A DNA stretch of 64,000 nucleotides, taken from assembly GCF_006345805.1 (NCBI RefSeq), contig NC_042998.1, positions 82,894,001 to 82,958,000 on the forward strand, in the 5' to 3' direction. Both the position numbers and the translations under genes were made by a program. Below are positions 13,040 to 26,937 of the stretch, piece after piece. This DNA comes from Octopus sinensis. Taxonomy: Eukaryota. The number at the start of each line of letters is the position of its first letter. The first letter of the stretch is position 1. The notes beneath the pieces are model-generated. The model did not search any database and had not been told where the DNA came from. It worked only from the letters and a program-made list of their open reading frames with translations.

Positions 13040-14801
13040 TGTTTCTTTATTAGCCACACAGGGCTGCACACAGATAGAACAAATTACAAGGTAGAGCTTT
13101 TCTTTTGAAGGTTTAAAAAAAAAAAAAAAAAGGAAGGGGGAGTTTCGATCAAAAGGGATCGTAAAAGGAGAGAAAGAGGACAAAAAAAAGGGGGGGTTAA
13201 AAAAAAAAAAAAAAAGGGGGAGAGGAAAAAAAAAAAAAAAATTGATCAATAGGGATCGTTATCACAGAAATGTCAATATGAAGTGTAAAGGGGAGGACAG
13301 GTGAGGTTTACCCGTGGAAAGAAAAGCCTACGGAAAAGACCACGGTAACCTCGGTCAATGAAGTCACATTTTATATTTCTTTTTTTTTTTTTTTTTTTTT
13401 TTTGCAAATAAGCAACTCTCTGTTTTCGATTTCTGGTTTCATAGGACTATGCTCAAGGTGGCTTCGTCATTCATACGTGCCATTCTTGCTACATTCACCC
13501 ATCTTTTTTTAAAACATTCGCTAGACAAAACTTGCCTCTCTACTCTCACTTTCCTTTTCAAGTGGTACTTGAAGAAGTTGATGAGAGATTGACCAGAGAG
13601 GAAAGTGTTTGTCTCCATCCTTTCAGACGCGTCCACCAGATACATTCCTTCGCCATAGCCACAAGGATGATGAAAATAGCTCTTCCTTCCCGTTTGAAGG
13701 AAGGAGGCGTGACAATATTGACGATAGACTCAGCTGATAAACCGACTCGTCCCACACGTGACAGCAGTTGTTCGACATAAGCCCACAGGTCGGAAATTGT
13801 TGGACACTGAACGAGTGCGTGCAGAGCGGTTTCGTCGCTCTGACCGCATCTCGGGCAGGTCGGCCCCGTGTTTCTCGAGCCGTGTCTGTAGAGCTTATCC
13901 CGAACGGGTAGCGCTTCTCGGTAGCACTGCCAGGCCAGGGATCTCTGGAAGTTGTCCATGGGCCCTGGCCCGAAAGTCGTCCCGAACAGGCGGGTCAGGT
14001 ACTCCTCGTCGACGTCCAGGTTCGCCCCGAGCTCGTCGTCGTACCTCCCCTCCACTAAACCCCTATAGAATGCTTTGGTTGTGTTGAAGTCACTTAAGGT
14101 CGACCCAGGACGGCAGAGTTGCTTGAGAGCAACGCGACACTCGCGGTGCCATTCGCCCTTCCTCGGCCTCTTTTGATCCACGACTGCAGTTCAGTCATGG
14201 AGACGAGCTGCGGGAAAGCGTGCCTCACAAACGGCGACCACACCTGTTCACCGTCGTCTACATAGAGCCAGAGATGTCGCAGTCTCAGCGCGTGTCTGCG
14301 CATCATCAACCACGGCATGCCCAGCCCTCCTTTTAACGGGTGTTGACAGCAAATGGATCGCCTGACCATCGGGACGCATCCTTTCCACAAGAAGCGAAAG
14401 AGGATGCGTTGTAGTTTGGTGATGGTAGGGTCGGGACAAGGTACGATGGTCAGGCGGTAGTAGATGACGGACGCGATGTACGTGTTCGCCACCTCCGCTC
14501 GACCTTTTAGGGACAGTTTCCTCTCGGCCCATTGCCGGGCGAGAGTGACCACCCTACTCGTTATCTCGTTCCAGTTCTTCTCCACTTGGAGGTCCGGACC
14601 GAACCAGACCCCAAGCAACTCAACCGGGCCGTCGGTCCAGCGTCCCACGACGGAGGCGCTGGTGGACGGCATGGGCTTGCTTCTCCAGGCCCATGCCGTC
14701 CACCAGCGCCTCCGTCGTGGGACGCTGGACCGACGGCCCGGTTGAGTTGCTCGGGGTCTGGTTCGGTCCGGACCTCCAAGTGGAGAAGAACTGGAACGAG
14801 A
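13040..14801 (-). mobile_element. 5'-truncated Tx1/L1-clade LINE within (GATA)n
   Basis: Frameshifted ORF2 C-terminus (LLGVWFG, LSLKGRAEVAN, GGLGMP, CPRC...ETALHALVQC zinc finger); 3'UTR ends AATAAAGAAAC then (TATC)n; GATA repeats at both junctions. Confidence 0.92.
14564..14801. repeat. Near-perfect inverted repeat, 113-bp arms, 12-nt loop
   Basis: 14564-14676 is the reverse complement of 14689-14801 with one mismatch. Confidence 0.95.
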
Positions 14802-15974
14802 GATAGATAGATTGATAGACAGATTAGAAAGGTAGAAACAATGCTTATATAACGGTGACACTCACTTTGCAACTATCACGCTATGTTAGAAGATATACAA
14901 ACACCCACACAAGTACAGAAATATTGTGCTAAGAAGCACAGAAATATCATCATTGCTCACAAAGTTTTGATCTGTAGATAGTAGAAGACACAGGCCAAGG
15001 TATAATGTGGGATTGAACTTAAATTTGTGTGGCAGAGAAGCAAACTTCTTAACCATTCAGCCATGTTCACATTACACCAAAAAGAAAGAACTACACCATC
15101 TTCTAATAAAAGCTTCGATATTTGAAGATTTAATCTTTTTCAAGTGAAACGATGTCAAATATATCCAACTTTAAATGAATATTCATAGTTTTGTATTCAT
15201 ATTTTAAAAAGTGGGTTGTTTAAGCAACGAAAGTATGTGTGCCTGTATGTGTGTTTATGTATGCATATATGTAAATATGTATGTATACACATTTACATAT
15301 ATATGTATATAAACATATAAGAAAGCGTATATATGTGTGTATATACGCATATGCAGATGGAAATACACACATATATACATATTTACATGTACATATATAC
15401 ATATGCTTATATGTATATGCTTATATATATATATACATATGCACACAAACACACACACATATACGATCATTGATATAGTGAAGTGGTGTTATTGAACAGA
15501 AATCTAAATGTCAAAAATAAATAATGAATTATAGTCTATCATAAACCATGTAATTTTATCTTGTTAAAATTTGTGACATGTATTCATACAATATAATTTG
15601 TTTGTTAAGAGCTCTAGACTGCTTAAGAAAAGATATGGAACAGGTGAATTTTCGCTGGTCAAGTCCACATCCTGACTCTTTAACTTGCTAAACTGTACGA
15701 AATCTAATCTGATTAACATTTTGCAGCAACTCTTAATATATTTTAAGCATTCTGGTATAATATCAGACATTCGTATACATATTTATTTCATATTGCATTT
15801 ATTTCACTGGTTCACTGCATATAAGATGCTAAGAGTGCCAAGGGAATTTCTGTTCAACTCGGTCTGAATAAATACTATCTTTTTTTTTTTTTACCAAAGC
15901 ATTAACTTATAGGTTTTCTTGCCAATGATTTCATCTTTCACTCATATGCATACATGTATGCATACGTATGCATC

Positions 15975-15996
15975 TGTATATATAAAAGGCAGCATG

Positions 15997-16027
<31 letters not shown>

Positions 16028-16737
16028 ACGTGAATATAATTTATGCATGTCCACAAATTAGCACGCATGTCGCTCCAATTTTAGGAGAACATTCATCACA
16101 ATCCTAGCTAGGGTTTGTCAACTTATTTTTCCCGAGGCACCCGCGGATAGCGGTAAAAATCGATTTTCAACCATAACTTTTACCAATTCCGAAGTTTGCT
16201 AACATGAGTTAAGTCCCCTTCTTGCTATAGCGGAGTGAAAGTGTGTGTGTGTGTGTGTGAGGGAGAGAGAAGTTGTGTGTTGAGGTGTGTGTGTGTGTGT
16301 GTGAGTGTGTTTGTGAGGGAGATAGAGTAAGTGACAGCATTCATCAAAATAAAAATGTAAAATGTTATTTTTTTCTTAAACACGAGATATAGTCTTCATA
16401 TTTAGGATGCTTTTGAAAGACACTATATGTTATAATCAGATTATATATACTTTCTCACACAACAATTAAAATACATTTTATTTCAAATCACTTATTTATC
16501 TATTTATTTATAAAAGGCAGGATGTTTGTGTGTGTGTACGTGAATGTAATTTATGCACGTCCACAAATTATCACGCATGTCGCTCCAATTTTAGGACATT
16601 GGTCACGATCATGGCTGTGTTTTTGTCAACTTATTTTCTCCGAGGCACCTGCGGATAGTGGTAAAAATCGATTTTCAACCATAACTTTTACCAGTTCCTA
16701 CGTTGGTGAAATCTGTAAGTTTGCTAATATGAGTTAA
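15975..16737 (+). repeat. Direct-repeat pair of Helitron-like non-autonomous segments (15975-16212, 16508-16737)
   Basis: Both start TATAAAAGGCAG+(TG)n and share CGCATGTCGCTCCAATTTTAGGA...GGTAAAAATCGATTTTCAACCATAACTTTTACC. Confidence 0.7.
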
Positions 16738-16835
16738 GTCACCTGTCTAGCAATGGTGAGAAAGAAAAACAAAGGGTAAATTTTTAGATTAACATCTGCA
16801 CGATTTTCACTAAAAAAAAAAAACCCTTCACATGG

Positions 16836-17465
16836 TCAGTGATTTAGGGATATTCTCTTCAAGAAATTTGATGAGAGGGAGGAGAAACTACAGACATCAG
16901 ACATAGAAGGTAGCTGGAAATTCCTACGGGACAGCTTGCTAAGTGCCACAGACCAAGTCTGTGGATGGTGCAAAGTCCATTCCAGACCTAGAGTTACGTG
17001 GTGGTGGAATAGTACGGTAGACAAAGCCATTAGAGCAAAGAAACAGGCCTGTGAAGCCTGGAAGGGTGAGGGTAGCAGGCAACTGTAGCAGGTAGCTAAA
17101 AGGGAGGCTGTGTGGCAGGTATACATAGCCAAGGGCGAAGCAGAAAAAGCACGTAAAAAGCACCATCCGAACGTAGCCGATGCCAGCGCCGCTTTGACTG
17201 GCTTCCGTGCTTGTAGCACGTAAAAAGCATCAACCGATCGTGGCTGCTGCCAGCCTCACCTGGCTTCCGTGCCGGTGGCAAGTAAAAAGCACCCATTACA
17301 CTTACGGTGAGGGTGACATTAGGAAATGGCATCCAGCTGTAGAAACACTGTCAGATCAGACTGGAGCCTGGTGCAGCCTCCTAGTTTTCCAAACCCCAAT
17401 CGAACTCTCCAACCCATGCTAGCTTGGAAAACGGACGTTAAACGATGATGAAGATGATGATGATA
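16836..17465 (+). mobile_element. Internally deleted RTE LINE
   Basis: Encodes WKFLRDSLLSATDQVCGW...RVTWWWNSTVDKAIRAKK (EN-RT linker) fused directly to the RTE 3'UTR and GAT tail. Confidence 0.85.
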
Positions 17466-17673
17466 TTGGTAAGTTTTCAAATTAGGTTGGTAAGGATATA
17501 CAATCCTAGCAGGTACTGTATTCACTTTTACCAGTTAATAATGCTGGCTAACCTCTGTGAGTTTAAAAAAAAAACTCCAGTTAGTTTATTTTACTATGCA
17601 CAGTAGATCTTCACATCAGTAAATCCATATGTTTCTATTGAGACTGCATGTTGGCAGTAGAGAAGGAATAATG

Positions 17674-17826
17674 AATTAATAATAAAGAGAACAGAGATTT
17701 ATATATCCAGTTTTATTCTGCTGTCAATCACGTGTTTCCATTTCTGCACCATGATACAGAAATGGAAAGACGTGATTGACAGCAGAATTATTCTGGATAT
17801 AAAAATATGTTTTCCTTATTATTGAT
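17674..17826. repeat. Fold-back element (~70-bp arms)
   Basis: TTCTGCTGTCAATCACGTGTTTCCATTTCTG / CAGAAATGGAAAGACGTGATTGACAGCAGAA. Confidence 0.85.
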
Positions 17827-17864
17827 TTAAGATATATATATATATATATATCCATTATGACCTA

Positions 17865-18306
17865 GCTTACCTATCGGTTTCGCACTAAGGGTTCAACGAT
17901 TTGTTTAATAACAGTCCAATTATGTAACCCTGCGATCTTCAGAGGTAGCCACAAAGGAATGAAATATGCTTATTGCCTTCTGCGCCAACTTTATTCCATT
18001 CTTATATTAACTATAAACTTAGCTTATTTCTATTTAAATTTTCTCTATCATCTCTATTTAATTTATTCATTTATTGTTCTAATTCTATTTACCTACTCTG
18101 AGTTATCTCCAATCAACTGGCAAACCCTCGCGCAAACATGTAATACAAATCATAAACTGTATCATTCAGTCTGCTATAATGAATTCATAAACACATAAAA
18201 CATCCAAGGGTATATCCTTTCTCCTGAAGATATTATGCTCAGGTAATATAAATTTAATATCTACTTAATATTTACTGAGTATTAATTGAAACAGCTGTAA
18301 GGGATG
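17865..18306. mobile_element. Penelope-type segment with two divergent degenerate hammerhead motifs
   Basis: Minus 17865-17949: CTGAAGA..CGCA...TGCG-AAAC. Plus 18224-18299: CTGAAGA..stem..GAAAC-AGCT-GTA. Confidence 0.55.
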
Positions 18307-18400
18307 ATTAATTTGCTGTTTATAATAAACAATTATTAACTTCCCAATCTCCATTTTCTTTTTCTTCTTCTTCTTCTTCTGATATATATATATATATTAT

Positions 18401-18434
<34 letters not shown>

Positions 18435-18984
18435 ATATATATATATATAAGAGAACAAAGTGTACGTACGCCATTATATATATATATACAAAATGGGACA
18501 ATAACGCAAAACATGCGGACAGCTAGGTGATACAAAAAGGGACAACAGAACATCCAGATAGATGATACAAAGAAAACAAGGACGGGTCATTCGAAGTTTT
18601 CTTTCTTCAGACAAGTACCAGATCATCCTCGCAATTTCGGCTGATTATTCTTGAGATTGCTCCAATCAGGCCAATAGAAATAATAACAGGACATAACAAC
18701 AGGTGTCTTTCGACTAAGGACGAATTGAATTAAGCAGGCACATGTGGAATGAACGGATGCCCAGATGTTTTGCGTTCTTGTCCTATTTTGTATTTATATA
18801 TATATATATATATATATGAGGTTGTCTCCCTTGTCAGTAAACAGATAGAGCTCTGCCCATGGCTAAGTGTTGTTTTAGCTCTTATTTCTAACAACGCTGG
18901 TGCTGACTTGCACCCTTAGTCATTTTAGTGACATGTGTGTGTGTATATATATACACACACATATAAAGAGATACATACGTACAT

Positions 18985-19995
18985 ACAAAAATACCCTGAA
19001 TTTTGAAATTCCAATGAAGGAGCCTTAAATCTAGGTTAGAAACCAGTTCTTTCTCAATTGGCAAGAAATCTTTAAATAAAACTGAACAATGACATACATA
19101 CATACATACATATGCGTATGTATGCCTGCATCTATGTATGTATGTATGTATGTATTCTCTATCTTATTTCGTGTACAATTATCAGCATAAAACAAAGCAA
19201 CCATAAAATGAAATTCACTGGTCATAAGATAAATTTTCGTTACTACAGATATATTACTTATCTCAGCTGAAAAGTCCAAATGATTTTATTTACATGCTTA
19301 CCACTTCTGTAAGTTTCCAAATTCCTAAGATAAATCATAGTAAATTCTCTTAAAAAACTATAATTTCAAACGAAATGTATTCTGCATGCCTACAACGCCC
19401 ACCAAGTTACTTGACGAAACATCTTTGTTTCGTAAATTATTAAGAAGCCAAAGTCAGATGACGCCAAGTATAAATCTGTTATCAAGGAATTGCGATTATC
19501 CCTCATAAAACACCTTTTTCCCGTCCAAGTGCGTGTGTGTGAGAAAGAGAGAGAGAGAGAGAAATACAAACAATAAAATGACAACACAGCAGGGATAGTT
19601 TCACAAAAAATTTATTTGCTTAACGTTTCATTGGAAAGAGAAAGTGTCTTAATGTTTCGAACGTTAGTCCTTCATCCATTAGAAGAAAGGCAGAGAGAAA
19701 GAAACAGTGAGGTGGGGAAAAAAAGAAATAGTCAATGAGGGAAAAAATCCAGTGAAATGTGAGGAACTAGGAGGGAATTATAATTGTGTATGTATGTCAT
19801 TATTCAGTTTATTTCAGGATTTCTTGCCAATAGAGAAAGAACCGGTTTCTAACCTAGATCCAAGACTCCTTTATTAGAATTTAGTTATGTATGTATGTAT
19901 GTATGTATGTACGTATGTATGTATGTATGTATGTCTATGCGATGGTTACTTTGTTTTATGCAGATAACTGTACACGAACTAAGATAGAGAATGCA
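18985..19995. repeat. Two short (CATA)n-tailed modules, each present in both orientations
   Basis: Module A ~18990-19092(+) and ~19795-19875(-); module B ~19152-19205(-) and ~19941-19993(+). Confidence 0.75.
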
Positions 19996-20067
19996 TACAT
20001 ACATGTATTTATGTATGTATCTATCTACCTATCTATTTATGTGTGTATGTATACATACATACATACA

Positions 20068-20170
<103 letters not shown>

Positions 20171-21419
20171 AACACACAGTTTCTGTTTATCAAATTTTGC
20201 TCACAAATATTGGCCAGCCTGAGATTATGGTAGAAAGCATTGATTAAGGTACTGTTGAAGCAGAATCGAAACTGAAACCAAGTAATTTCGAATTGAATTT
20301 CTAAACCACACAACCATGGCTGTGCCCTATTGAAATGTTTCCTAACCCTTTTGCATCGAAATCCCTATAATTCATTTCAATCTTTTATTGTTTCAGTTTA
20401 GATATAGGCTTAATAGATTCCTATGATTTTTTTCTGATAAAGTTATGTGATAAATAGCCACGGTCTATTGAGTAAGGTGTTACTTCATCACAAGAAACTT
20501 TATCACACATTTTCCCGTAGTTGATGAATGTTGCGGAAACCAGATATAAATTATTCCAATGGAAAAGACTAGCTTGGAAAAACGGAATTGGCTTGAAGAA
20601 AAGGATTAGCGGGACAAAAAGAGGTGCGTTATTTATAACCATCTTTGCACAACCTAAATCACATTATCTAAATCTTTCTTTGAGTACAGATAAACTTTAT
20701 TTATATCTTCAAATTTTACAACAGTCAACTTTAACATACTCATTTAGTTGATAAAATAAAGTGAGGATCATATTCGAGGATCAAATCACACTAATTCCTT
20801 TAACATATATATTTAATATAATGTTTAATAATTATATTGTCTGCCTCGAGTCTATAGACTTATGAGGGGTGACGTTTAGCCGGATTTTCAAGGTGCTTAG
20901 ATTGACAGTACAAGATTCCATCCCCACCGAACGGGACATACTTCATCAGATGGTTAACCCCTAAGAGGCAAGTAATACACATTTTCAACTGTGTGAACTA
21001 GATCAGTATGAAATCAAGTGCATCCAAGAACATGAGATACTATTCGATCCTAGAATCGATCACCTGCCCAACACCTAAACACAAGACTAACGATCGCCAG
21101 TCCAGTACCCTAACCACGAGGCTACACTCCTTCTTCCAGGAATAATATATTAATTAGGAAAAAATATGATATGATTAACCGAACCAATAAGAATTTCTTA
21201 AATTTAACTTTGAAATATCATGTTCGAAACAGCTGTAAGGTATAAGTTATATAGGAACATTGGACAAGATACATTACATAATCTGTTGAATTATGTACAT
21301 TGATTTGATTAAAAACCAAATCTCTTTTTCGCTCCACCTGTCATATCCTGAGTATTCAACTGAGTCAGAGTGAGGGGCATGAGGACTCGTCTATATCTGC
21401 TAGTGACTACATAGGCTGG

Positions 21420-21472
<53 letters not shown>

Positions 21473-21607
21473 CATAAGGATAAAATATATATAAGAATTT
21501 ATCAAGTAGTTAGCGTCGGTACAATGTATATTTATTAAGGTAGTTTTCACTTTAAGAGTCCCTTATAGAGTGAGGCATTTATGTGTAGTAATGCCATTAA
21601 TATAATA

Positions 21608-21675
<68 letters not shown>

Positions 21676-22549
21676 ATCGAGAATAGTACATGCATATGAA
21701 TATTTGTGTGAAATATGCGTGTATGTGTACACATACATACATACATGCATGCATGTATGTATGTGTACAAACATACATACATACATACATACATACATAC
21801 ATACATACACACATACATACACACATTCACACATACATACATATGAAGTTTGCATCGTCTCCTTAGGCTAGCAGCTAGTATTTGATAATAATGATAAGTT
21901 ATTTGATTTCTAATTAGGAAATTAATATTCTTGCAATCATGTTGAAATGTTCAATCTAATTTGTTTGTTTTTGTTGTTTTTCGACATCATAATTCCATTC
22001 TCGGGGGAAAAGGATTCGATCATCATATCATAAAACTATCAAACGATGCATCAGCTTCTCAAACAGTTTGGTGTTATATCTATCAAGTCGATTTGCCTTT
22101 CTCTTCCTCCCTTCATCGTCATTCCTCTCTCTCCGTCTTTTATACGTGTGAACATTTCTACATATTATACGCGCTTATTGGTATGTATGGTATACATATG
22201 TGTGTGCGCGCGCGAGTGTGTATGTATGTATGTATGTATGTATGTATGTATGTATGTATGTATGTGTAGTATTCATTATATTGAATGTTATCGAGTGGAA
22301 ATAGGGGGTGCTGCAGTTCCGCAGTACTTCTACACGAGCCGCCACTGCCCAGGAGTCAGGTAAACGGCTGTATCGAGTCCCAGCTCTCGTAAGACCTGTT
22401 ATCCAATTTCCATGACATACAAGTGACAGAGATTACAACATTGTCCCTGAACAGAATGTCAGTCTATCGCAGGGCTGCTCAATTATAGCTAAGTAAATTG
22501 GAACAATGAGAAATGATGTTGCTTGAGAACACAACGCACTGACCGGACC

Positions 22550-22865
22550 TAACCGGGTGGAGGGGTGGTAGGTAAGGGAAAACGGGAGACGGCTGACGGC
22601 GTGGTGGGTGCGAGGGGAGAGAGCAGATGCACGGTCCACGGAACATGCTCTGGCAAGGGCGGTGTGGATACTGGTGAGGTGATCTCCACGTAAGATGAAG
22701 TGGTGAGCCATGAGTTGAGACTGAGTCTCAAAGTCATAGTTGTTACTGCAGAACCTGCGCAGACGGAGGAATTGGGAATAGGAGATGGAGAGCTTGGTGT
22801 GTTTAGGATGGGAGGAGGAGAAGTTGAGGTATGAGTGTGAGTCTGTGCGTTTGTAGTGGATGGAG
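22550..22865 (-). mobile_element. Penelope-like RT C-terminal (thumb) fragment
   Basis: Minus strand encodes SIHYKRTDSHSYLNFSSSHPKHTKLSISYSQFLRLRRFCS...TALARA. Confidence 0.88.
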
Positions 22866-23620
22866 GTTATTGCAAATTAATACATTATTAAACTTTATAG
22901 TTTAATCACTGAACTACTTTTACTAGGCAGCTATTTATTCTGGCTATATTCTTCATAAAATTTTAATACCAATTTCCGCAACATTTTATTTATTTCTTCT
23001 TGTTAGTGCCATTGGCGAAACGCTGGTTTTGGAATGTCTTTGTGTGTGTTTAAGAGAGAGATTGGGGAGTATGTCTGCTTCTTTTCCTTTTCTCTCTGAT
23101 GTTTTTGAGGGTTTTTGTCAGTAAATTAATACATCCTGGTCTGAAAATATCCTACTAAATTTTAAATGGTTTTTGGATTGATTGAACATAAATCATTTTT
23201 TGTTGTAAATGAAATTAAAAATTATTCATTTATTTACCAATAACGTGGTGTAATTTTTAATAAAAATCTTCTACGGATATTTTTCCGTACAATCATTTTT
23301 TAATAAACTTCATTTTCATTGATTTGACTGCTTAGTGCAAATTAAAAAAAAACTAATGAAATTTGTCTGACACTGATCTTATACATACATACATACATAC
23401 ATACATACGTGCATACGTATGTACATATATGCATACAAACGTACATACATACATACGTACACACATACATACGTATGTACATATATACATACATACGTGC
23501 ATATATACATACATACATACGTATGTACATATATGCATACTCGCATACATAGATACATATATGCATCCATACGCACATGCATGCACACAAACATACACAC
23601 ACATACATATATGTATATAC

Positions 23621-23675
<55 letters not shown>

Positions 23676-23929
23676 TTTGTGTGTACGTGTGCATGCATGT
23701 GTATATACGTGTGCTTGTGTGTGTATGTTTGTGACTTACTATTTATCATATAGAAGTTACTAGTTAATAAAATGATTTTCCAAATCAAATGCAACCATCA
23801 GGTGGTGGTTATCTCAGTTGACTGATGTTGAATGTGCTTCCACCATACATAACTCTGGTGGGAATAACACTCACAACTCAGGGGCAATGAGTCAAAGATT
23901 TAACTCATGTTGCTTGTAGTTGTGAAAAA

Positions 23930-24105
23930 ACCTTTCTTATGTCACCAGTGGTCCTTCACAAGCGAGAAATTGAGCGAAAGCAATGTTATGGCCCTCGACT
24001 TGAACAATACTTTGACCGTATCTGGCACATGAATCTCCTGTCAAAACTGTTTACCTAAAGGCTCTTTTTGCTTTTCATCTTCTGCACCATGGCTTCCTAT
24101 CGGAT
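23930..24105 (+). mobile_element. Degenerate CR1/Jockey-group RT fragment
   Basis: VMALDLNN(fs)FDRIWHMNLLSKL resembles ALDISKAFDRVWH. Confidence 0.65.
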
Positions 24106-24321
24106 TGTACTATTACAGTGAGTACCGATAGAGCTTCAAAGACTGGATTAAAGCCCACTGACAGTAAACAGAATAGGGCAATGTTCCTTTTAATTTTTTG
24201 CTATGAGTGTTCATGGAAATCTGCATGTTTGCAAAATTTGACTTTCATCGCAATGAGAGTGTACATGTACGCGGGCAACCATCTTCAATTTTTTAAAAAT
24301 TTGATTTCATTTTGAAAATTG

Positions 24322-24329
24322 TATCATCA

Positions 24330-24365
<36 letters not shown>

Positions 24366-24435
24366 TCACAGCCTGGAATCGAACTCGGAATCTTGGGGTT
24401 AGTAGCCCGCGCTCTTAACCACTATGCCATACACC
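24322..24435 (-). mobile_element. Minimal tRNA-derived SINE / pseudo-tRNA with (AAT)n tail
   Basis: Minus strand: A box TGGCATAGTGG, anticodon-like loop CTACTAA, B box GTTCGATTCC, then TGA(ATA)n; no proper acceptor stem. Confidence 0.8.
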
Positions 24436-26937
24436 ACATGCGCACACTTTTCTCCTTTGTGAGCTTCTTGTCAAACTTGTGCGCGCACACAAGCGCACAG
24501 TTTAGAGGGGGACATTGGAGTGAGCCATTCTTCAATAGCTCTAAATACAACATATAAGAATTATTTTCAAGTTAAGTTCGTTTATTCTTTTCAAATTCAA
24601 TATTTTCTACCACTCGTGTAAATATAAACGTCTACAGATTTATATAGAGAGAATGAGCACTTTGAAAGTCTCATGCAGATCCATTAATATACGTCCTGTT
24701 TTATTAGCTGCAAAATCCTATACATTAACTGCTCTGCTCACAATCTTGGTCCAACTACTATTTTTGTCAACGTACAATAACTTTTTTTTCTTTTCTAAGT
24801 GTAGAAACACGAACACCTTATCCAATAATGGCTAATTCTGAAAACATGTATAAGTCTTCATGTCTTAGAGAAGAACAATTTCGAGATGTGACGTGCATGA
24901 CTTCTCTAATAAGAATTACTGGCAAAAGAGTAGTGAAAATAACTTCTTTAAAAAATCAGAATCGCAATGCAGACAAGTAGCAGGCAAATATCTTAACTAA
25001 TAGCAGCCGTCACGGAATAATTTCCGAACAGAGATTAAATGAATAACCAACTGCGTATTCATATAGAGACAGTACCAACAATGATCTGAAAGGTGTTCTA
25101 GTGAAGATTTCAAGGCAGGTATATTTTAAAGCTAAAAACAAATGAAATATCGTAAAACAATATATACAGGCATGACATAGAATGAGTTCGAAGTGATTAC
25201 TTATATACTTAAAACTCGGAAGATAAGATAGCTGGTCGAATACGAACGGGGAATGCAAAAGGCAACAATATCTGTCTTAATCAAAGTATAATAATATTAT
25301 AAGACTGTGACAACCACTGGAGGTTACCAACTATCCATAAATCATGTAAAAAGAAAATTACTGCCGCTGTCACTGGAAATCACCTTAGTCTCAGGTAGCT
25401 ATTCTTATTACATGATGTAAAGAACGTGATGACGACGTGTAATCTAGAGAGACATTAATAGAGAAGTTGACAACATGAAGGTTCTTTTCTTGAAAGTGAT
25501 GAGAAAGAAACCAAATACATTTCTTCCAGCCATAAAACCAACAACAGATATACGAAAAGGAGTCATTTTAAGGAGAATTTATTCTTTTGCTGTAGTAGTA
25601 AATTATCGTCGAATACATAATGGATAAATCGTTAAGAAACGTATTATGTCAATGGTACCCTCTCTTTATGGAAAAAAAACTCGAAAGCCTAAAAGATTTT
25701 TCTATGGCAATCAATGTAAGTGTGCCAGCAAATGTATAAACTGTATATGCTATGAACCATATGGCATCCAAATTATGAGCTCGAAGTAGAATTGTAAACC
25801 ATAATTATGATGCAATACCTTGTATGTTAGCATGGGCCCAGCATGCTAACATGTTAAAAAGCTCTAGTTCCGATCCGCACAATATGTCAGTTAGGGCGAG
25901 TGTCTTATGCCTTGACCTTAGGTTGAACAATGTTCTTTGACTGGAATTTGATAAATGAAAACAGTACGAAAGCTCGTCACATAAGTCTTTGTGTATAAGC
26001 GTGTGTTTGTGCGTGTCATGTGATCGTGTGCAGGAATGTGTGTTTTTCTTTTGTCTGTGTGATGTAGGCGTGTTATGAATCAAATGCATAAAAAGTATCA
26101 AACTGACGAATGCAGAATCAAAAATCTCAAAAATATAAAAAAGGCAGAATACAAAATGTATCCCACCTGACCCTCTGGTAAGCTCAACAAAGTTTAATAG
26201 ACACTCTTTAAGATTCCTCGCACGAATAGAAGATTAAACATAGAAGCCATATTCATATCCCAGCATGCAAACAACACACATGAAAAAACTGACACGTGAT
26301 TACTGGCTTGAAAACCTAATAGTAGCAAATTTGCCTGCAACAAACAAATCAACACACGACTGCTGATGCAAATAAAACCTTTGGCAGGGGAACCTACATG
26401 AATTCAACAAGTATATAAGAAATAACACAGACCCCAAGTTTATTCAGTTCTTGGAAATTGAAACTGTGTACATCTGGAAATGTCGAATATGAATTCAGAA
26501 ACTTTAAAAGAGAAAAAAAAATTGCTGCAAACAAAGACACTGACGAAACAGGAACACAGAACAGTGATTTGATTTTAAATGTAATTGATTGCAGATCATT
26601 AACATGTTTCACTATGTTGATTAAAATTTGTCAAAAACTAGGTAGAACTTCATTAGTTTCATCAAGAAAATGATGAGAAAAGAAAAACGTCGTTTCCCAT
26701 TTTAGAATGCATCTACGATTCTATTAAATTTAGTACCAAACTCTCTAACATAAATAATTAAAATAATTAGCTCTAATTTATATCCTCTTGATGTTCCGAT
26801 TGTTATAGGAAATTTTGATTAAGTATCGACTTAAAAACCTTTGGAGACATTTATGGGAATATTTAAATAATCTGCAAGCAATGATTTTATTTCATATTTA
26901 CTTTTCAATTTGACGAGACACATATCGAAACACTGGT

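Noticed and set aside
24361-24435. Functional tRNA-Ser(ACT)
   Set aside because: No acceptor stem, no long variable arm, simple-repeat tail.
24850-26400. Possible old LINE remnants (also 31150-31700)
   Set aside because: Too decayed to assign motifs by eye.
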